NCBI GenBank assembly: GCA_965648905.1
Contig: CBFGIT010000041.1
Coordinates: forward strand, 1-21,035
DNA from: a candidate division WOR-3 bacterium
GTDB lineage: Bacteria; Hydrothermota; Tepidihabitantia; Tepidihabitantales; Tepidihabitantaceae
Direction of reading: 5' to 3'
Length of the DNA: 21,035 nucleotides
The notes below the pieces were generated by a model. The model made no database searches. It worked only from the letters and a program-made list of their open reading frames with translations, and had not been told where the DNA came from. The position numbers were made by a program, and so were the translations under genes. This document shows, piece by piece, positions 18,101-21,035 of this stretch; position 1 is the stretch's first letter, and every line of letters starts with the position of its first letter.

Positions 18101-18367
18101 ATAGGTCTCAAGTTCGGCAAGCAGGCCGGCCTGGTCTTCCTGTGCCATCGCCTTCAGGGCCGACACAGTCGTTTCCCAGCGCTGCTGTTTGTTCTTAATC
18201 GTGCGGATGATTGTCTGGGCATCGAGCTGGCGTTCCAGCGCGATTGTCACCCCGATGTAATCGTTCGCATCAGCCTTGGCCATCTGCTCAAGGAGTGCGG
18301 GTTCAACCAGGGCGGCCCACGATGCCGTGATGCCGAGCATCACAGCAAGGACTACGGCTCTCTTCAC
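15191..18367 (-). CDS. Secreted S8 subtilisin-like serine peptidase with propeptide, Ig-like repeats and FlgD-Ig/T9SS-type C-terminal domain
   Basis: Signal peptide; triad IDTG / HGTHTCG / GTSMATP; oxyanion AAGNEG; KPDISAPG; CTD NPF...WNGRD.SG..L.AGIYFYRL...RKAVLTR; AGGAGGA RBS. Confidence 0.94.
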   Translation of the reverse strand: MKRAVVLAVMLGITASWAALVEPALLEQMAKADANDYIGVTIALERQLDAQTIIRTIKNKQQRWETTVSALKAMAQEDQAGLLAELETYARQGKVKTITPLWIANAVYCEATTEVINAIANRDEVWFVQWDLIPTENALALAPNNPSTDALDGSFTVEWNVRKVKADSVWLVYGYTGNGVVVGDIDTGCDYTHPDLAGHMWTDPNYPYHGWNFEQNNNNPMDAHGHGTHTCGTVAGNGTGGDTTGMAPNARIMTTRTKTSISQPYPDTIAENTVMNSMQFCVAPPLSPDNHAHLLTMSLGWIIRSWSPRQALWRQCVTNVAAAGLPYFIAAGNEGSSSPPYNLRCPGNVPSPWHHPAAIPGGVGGSISIGATTSADVYASFTSWGPVKWDTIPPYNDYPYPPGLLKPDISAPGENITSTRLGGGYTQMSGTSMATPCAAGVCALMLEKNPTLLPEEVDSIMQMSVLPLGSQPKNNTYGTGRIDAMRCIENTPLPFGVRFYRAVIDDSAGGNNDGIINPGETINLPVWVKNQCDYTTNGVEARLRTTDTCVVITDSVRYIGAIVEGDTGYTGDDGFHFSVAGSVPNGYTMKFELSITDTLDSLWTSGFALKAGRPVLEGDSVYAFDSGNGKLDPGEECDIAVQLVNSGLGNAYQVTAVLVSGDVRLAVLDSTGDYGLVPADSWVMNLTDRFRVRASASIPREFVIPCTLRVSQLGYPVQNVPFGIEVGRLTAVDPIPDGPRTPALYWAYDDADSMYAEAPRFSWVEIRNLGTRLTLSDDQTVVIDLPSSFGPFRFYNQNFTQVSICGNGWVAPGYTTSSAYSNTNLPTTTLPGALCINWDDLYPPTGGGVWYYHDQANHRFIIEWDSVAYYSSRTTFDKNQIILYDTTLAAYDGNCEFLFQYLTANQTSSATVGEQDPTVQIAIEVLYNTAYHRAAMPILPGRAIKFTTDTIVTGLAEGANVLSSRRLGLAPSRNPFSRSVVLNYSLPSAARVRVSVCDASGRVVRDLVNSGGELVAPGVYSVAWNGRDNSGRELAAGIYFYRLTSSVGNLSRKAVLTR
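15528..16171. repeat. Copy 2 of the ~644 bp intragenic module
   Basis: Encodes DPIPDGPRTPALYWAYD...GRAIKFTTD, as in the C25 gene. Confidence 0.92.
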
Positions 18368-18441
18368 TCGTTCCTCCTGTTACTGCAGTTCCAAACGTTG
18401 AACTTCGGACGGGCGGCTCGGTACTATCTGCCAGACGAAAC

Positions 18442-18469
18442 ATTATAGCCCGCCCCTTGTGGCCGTCAA
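18442..18469 (-). promoter_or_regulatory. sigma70-type promoter for the S8 (and possibly C25) gene
   Basis: Minus strand TTGACG, 16 nt, TATAAT, about 75 nt upstream of the GTG at 18367. Confidence 0.7.
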
Positions 18470-18949
18470 ATCCACCGGTAATGATCCCCGTGACATTGAC
18501 GAGCCGGTGAACCTATCATACTGCACGTTTGGATGGGGTAGTCGAAATGGGACCTTGCCGCACCCAGCACCGTCACACCGCTAGCACAGTCGTTTTCATC
18601 CGCGCCGGCCCAAAGGGCGTGCCGTTGTATTGTCCTCAGGCGTCGGTCCAGCCTGGTCTTCTGCCGTTGCCGAAGGCCGGTCTCCTTTTTTCGCTCCGGG
18701 CTGGTGCGAGGGGCTCAGTGGAGCCGGGTCTGGTGGGTCGGCCTGAGCAGGCATTAAGGGGCGTGCTCTGGGGTCGAGCCGAGCCCGGTGTCGGGGCCGG
18801 ACCGACCGGCCCAGGGAACGGTTCGGGGGATGACCCGGGGGTCACCCCTCCCTTGACAGGGTTGGCTGGTGCTGCAGCGGAAGAGCGGTGAGCGTGTCGA
18901 GCGGTCCGTGGGGAGTTGACCATTTCGCACGCAGCCGGGGCGTTACCCA

Positions 18950-19389
18950 TCTGAACCAGAAGGCTGCGGCCGCTGCCGTGGCGCGGTACCGGGAAGAATG
19001 TCTTGCCGGAGCCCGGCGGGTCTACCTGGCGGCGAGCTATCGCAGTGCGGTCAAGCGGTTTCGACAATGGGCCGGGCGTTGGCGGGCGACCGTCCCGAAG
19101 GTGGTGGCGAGTCTTGCGGCAGACCTGGAAGAACTGCTGGCGCACATGCAGGTACTGCGGAAGCAGCGCGAGTTGTGGGTAAAGGTACGGACGACGAACG
19201 TGATCGAGCGGCTGTTCCGGGAGTTGCGCAAGCGGATACGCCCGATGTGCATGTTTGCGGACGGCGCGAGCTGTGACCGACTGGTCTACGCGCTGTTCAT
19301 GAAGACCAACAAGCAATGGGAGGACCGCCCGCTATGGGGCAAACCTACCAAGAAGGCCAAGCAATTTACACACAATTCTTGACACTACC
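18950..19389 (+). mobile_element. IS256-family remnant: transposase C-terminal fragment (within ORF 18888-19382) plus right terminal inverted repeat
   Basis: RTTNVIERLFRELRKRIRPM..F....S..RL.Y motif carrying the DDE glutamate. ORF ends FTHNS* inside TTTACACACAATTCTTGACACTACC, a typical IS256-type end. The N-terminal part is absent and the left boundary is approximate. Confidence 0.85.
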
Positions 19390-19644
19390 CCGCATTACCG
19401 AACCCGAGACCGAACCGCCAGGAATCCCGCCGCGCAGCAGGGCGCCACTACCAGTGGACGGCGCCAAGACATCGAACCGCAGCTCATTGTAATGAGTTGA
19501 TGTTGTCAACAGGTTCCCCGGCAGGCTCCCAGATGCGCGGGGCGGGAATCGGAACGTCACCGCGAACCGAACAGGTACCTACTGCCCCTGACGCCTTCGG
19601 AAACAGGTAATGTCCCCATTTATCATCCGGGAGCCGAGGCCGCC

Positions 19645-21035
19645 CTACCTTGCTGCTTTAACGCGAACATAGCCGATGTAGGGCAGAATCTGTTGTACGA
19701 TGTCCTCCGGCGGACCTGGTTTGATACTGGAGCTGCGTCCCATCGCTGACCTACCATCCTCCGTCTCTGCCAGCAGTGCGCGGAGGTATCCGATCTTGAC
19801 CGCGAAGTTGACATTCTCCGGCAGGGTGCCTGTTCGACTCAGAACACGCCATTTGCTCAACCTAGCTACCACAATGCCCATCAGACGCCCCTCTCGACTA
19901 GACAACGGCCCGCCGCTGTTGCCCGGTTGCACTGGGTTCTGGATTTGCAGTACGCGCGGGTCGTTGTCAACGCCCACCATTGCACTAACGCTGCCGGCCG
20001 TGTAACGTGGGCTTATTCCGATGATATCTGTCAGCGGGTAGCCGACAGTGAAAGTTTCCATCCCGAGTCTAAGCTCCTCCGGCTGCAGGAGCGCAAAGGG
20101 CGCATCCATGCTGTCGTCCGCCGCTCGGACCAGCCGCAGAAGCGCAAGGTCGTGCGCTGCGTCGTCTGCCACGACCCTTGCTGGATATGACGTGGCTCGT
20201 TGTGGGAAGTCTACCCAGATCTGGGTTGCGCTGTCTATCACGTGGTGACACGTCGCCAGAAGCCCAGTCTTGGTCAACAGCACACCACTGCCCGTGTACC
20301 ACGTTTCGCTGGGTCCGGGGTCGTAAGCGCTGTGCGGCATAGACCTTGGAGGTCTTGACAGGAGTTGGCCGATTTCGCTCGCGAGGCCCGCGACGTCGTT
20401 GGCGACCAAAGAGACCTGCAGGTTGCTCGTGCTAAAGTCGTAAATCGCAGCGTCGCTAGATACGTCAAGGCGCAGGTAGTCTTTCCAGCCAATACCAAGT
20501 CCCCAGCAGAGTCCGAAGGACTTGAGCTTGCCGAGGTCTCGGCCGGTCATGACGTCGCCCAAACCGTAGTGATACGTTTGACCGGACTCGTTCTCGAGTA
20601 CGATGCCGCCGCGCTGGCCGGTCAGGTCTTCGAAGTACCCTACCCGGGCATGCAGCAGATTGGCAAGGGATGCCTCGACGCCGAAGCTCTTCCAAGCGTC
20701 GCGCAACTCTTCTGACAGCTTGCGGCTGAACGGCTTGGTGCCGGTCGTGTCGTAGAACATGCCGACGATTATTTTGGAGACCTCGGGCGTGATGCCAACC
20801 TTAACCAGGTTGTTCTTGACCGGGTAGTAGGCAAGACCAAGACGGAGCATTCGGGGTATCGGGTCAGATTCGCCCGAGGAGGTGTGGGTGTAGGCGATGT
20901 TTGGTCCGAGGTTCGAGAGAGAGACCGGCAGAAAGAAACGAAAACGGCTTGTACAACGCCCCGGCATCAAGCGCCCAAGTGATGCCGGTGCCGCCACGCT
21001 CGATGCCGAGCTCGGGCATGACCTTCCAGACCCAT
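19645..21035 (-). pseudogene. PorV/PorQ-family outer membrane beta-barrel fused to a C-terminal trypsin-like (S1) serine protease; frameshifted near 20915-20926; 5' end outside the window
   Basis: Frame from 21034 reads ...GGTGITWALDAGALYKPFSFLSAGLSL. The other frame continues SNLGPNIAY...DPIPRMLRLGLAY...GVE....LL.ARVGYF...GLGI. Protease triad TCHHV / HDLALL / PGNSGGP. Confidence 0.75.

Noticed and set aside
18776..18857. Group II intron domains V/VI (GAGCCG...ACGGTTC plus hairpin)
   Set aside because: The span is ~49 nt versus ~34 nt for domain V, there is no GNRA-capped upper stem, and no RT remnant.
18535..19391. Complete internally deleted IS bounded by GGGGTAGT / ACTACCCC
   Set aside because: Only 8 bp match, similarity does not extend along the inverted repeat, and there is no flanking target-site duplication.
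19379..19410. IS256 hybrid promoter from the outward TTGACA
   Set aside because: No -10-like hexamer at a 16-18 nt spacing.
20927..20997. ORF-track N-terminus MAAPASLGRLMPGRC as a real start
   Set aside because: No signal peptide, and the barrel-like sequence is in another frame, so this is a frameshift artefact.

Overview
GC-rich Gram-negative bacterial window. The protein types (FlgD-Ig/T9SS-type C-terminal domains, PorV-like barrel) suggest an FCB-related lineage such as WOR-3, which is an inference. The left part is housekeeping: cyclophilin-like gene, tRNA-Ala(CGC), pyruvoyl-dependent arginine decarboxylase, a SpoIID/LytB lipoprotein, and a stand-alone rbfA-truB-ribF block. The middle is an envelope operon: PKD/PQQ beta-propeller, Yip1, TolC, MacA-like MFP, ABC ATPase and MacB-like permease. 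The right part is a secreted-protease locus on the minus strand. It holds a C25 gingipain-like protease and an S8 subtilase that share a near-identical ~640 bp C-terminal module and end in T9SS-like sorting domains, an IS256 remnant, and a PorV-family barrel gene fused to a trypsin-like serine protease. That last gene is the most striking feature: it is frameshifted at or next to a (TC)5 microsatellite and runs off the window end. No database searches were run.
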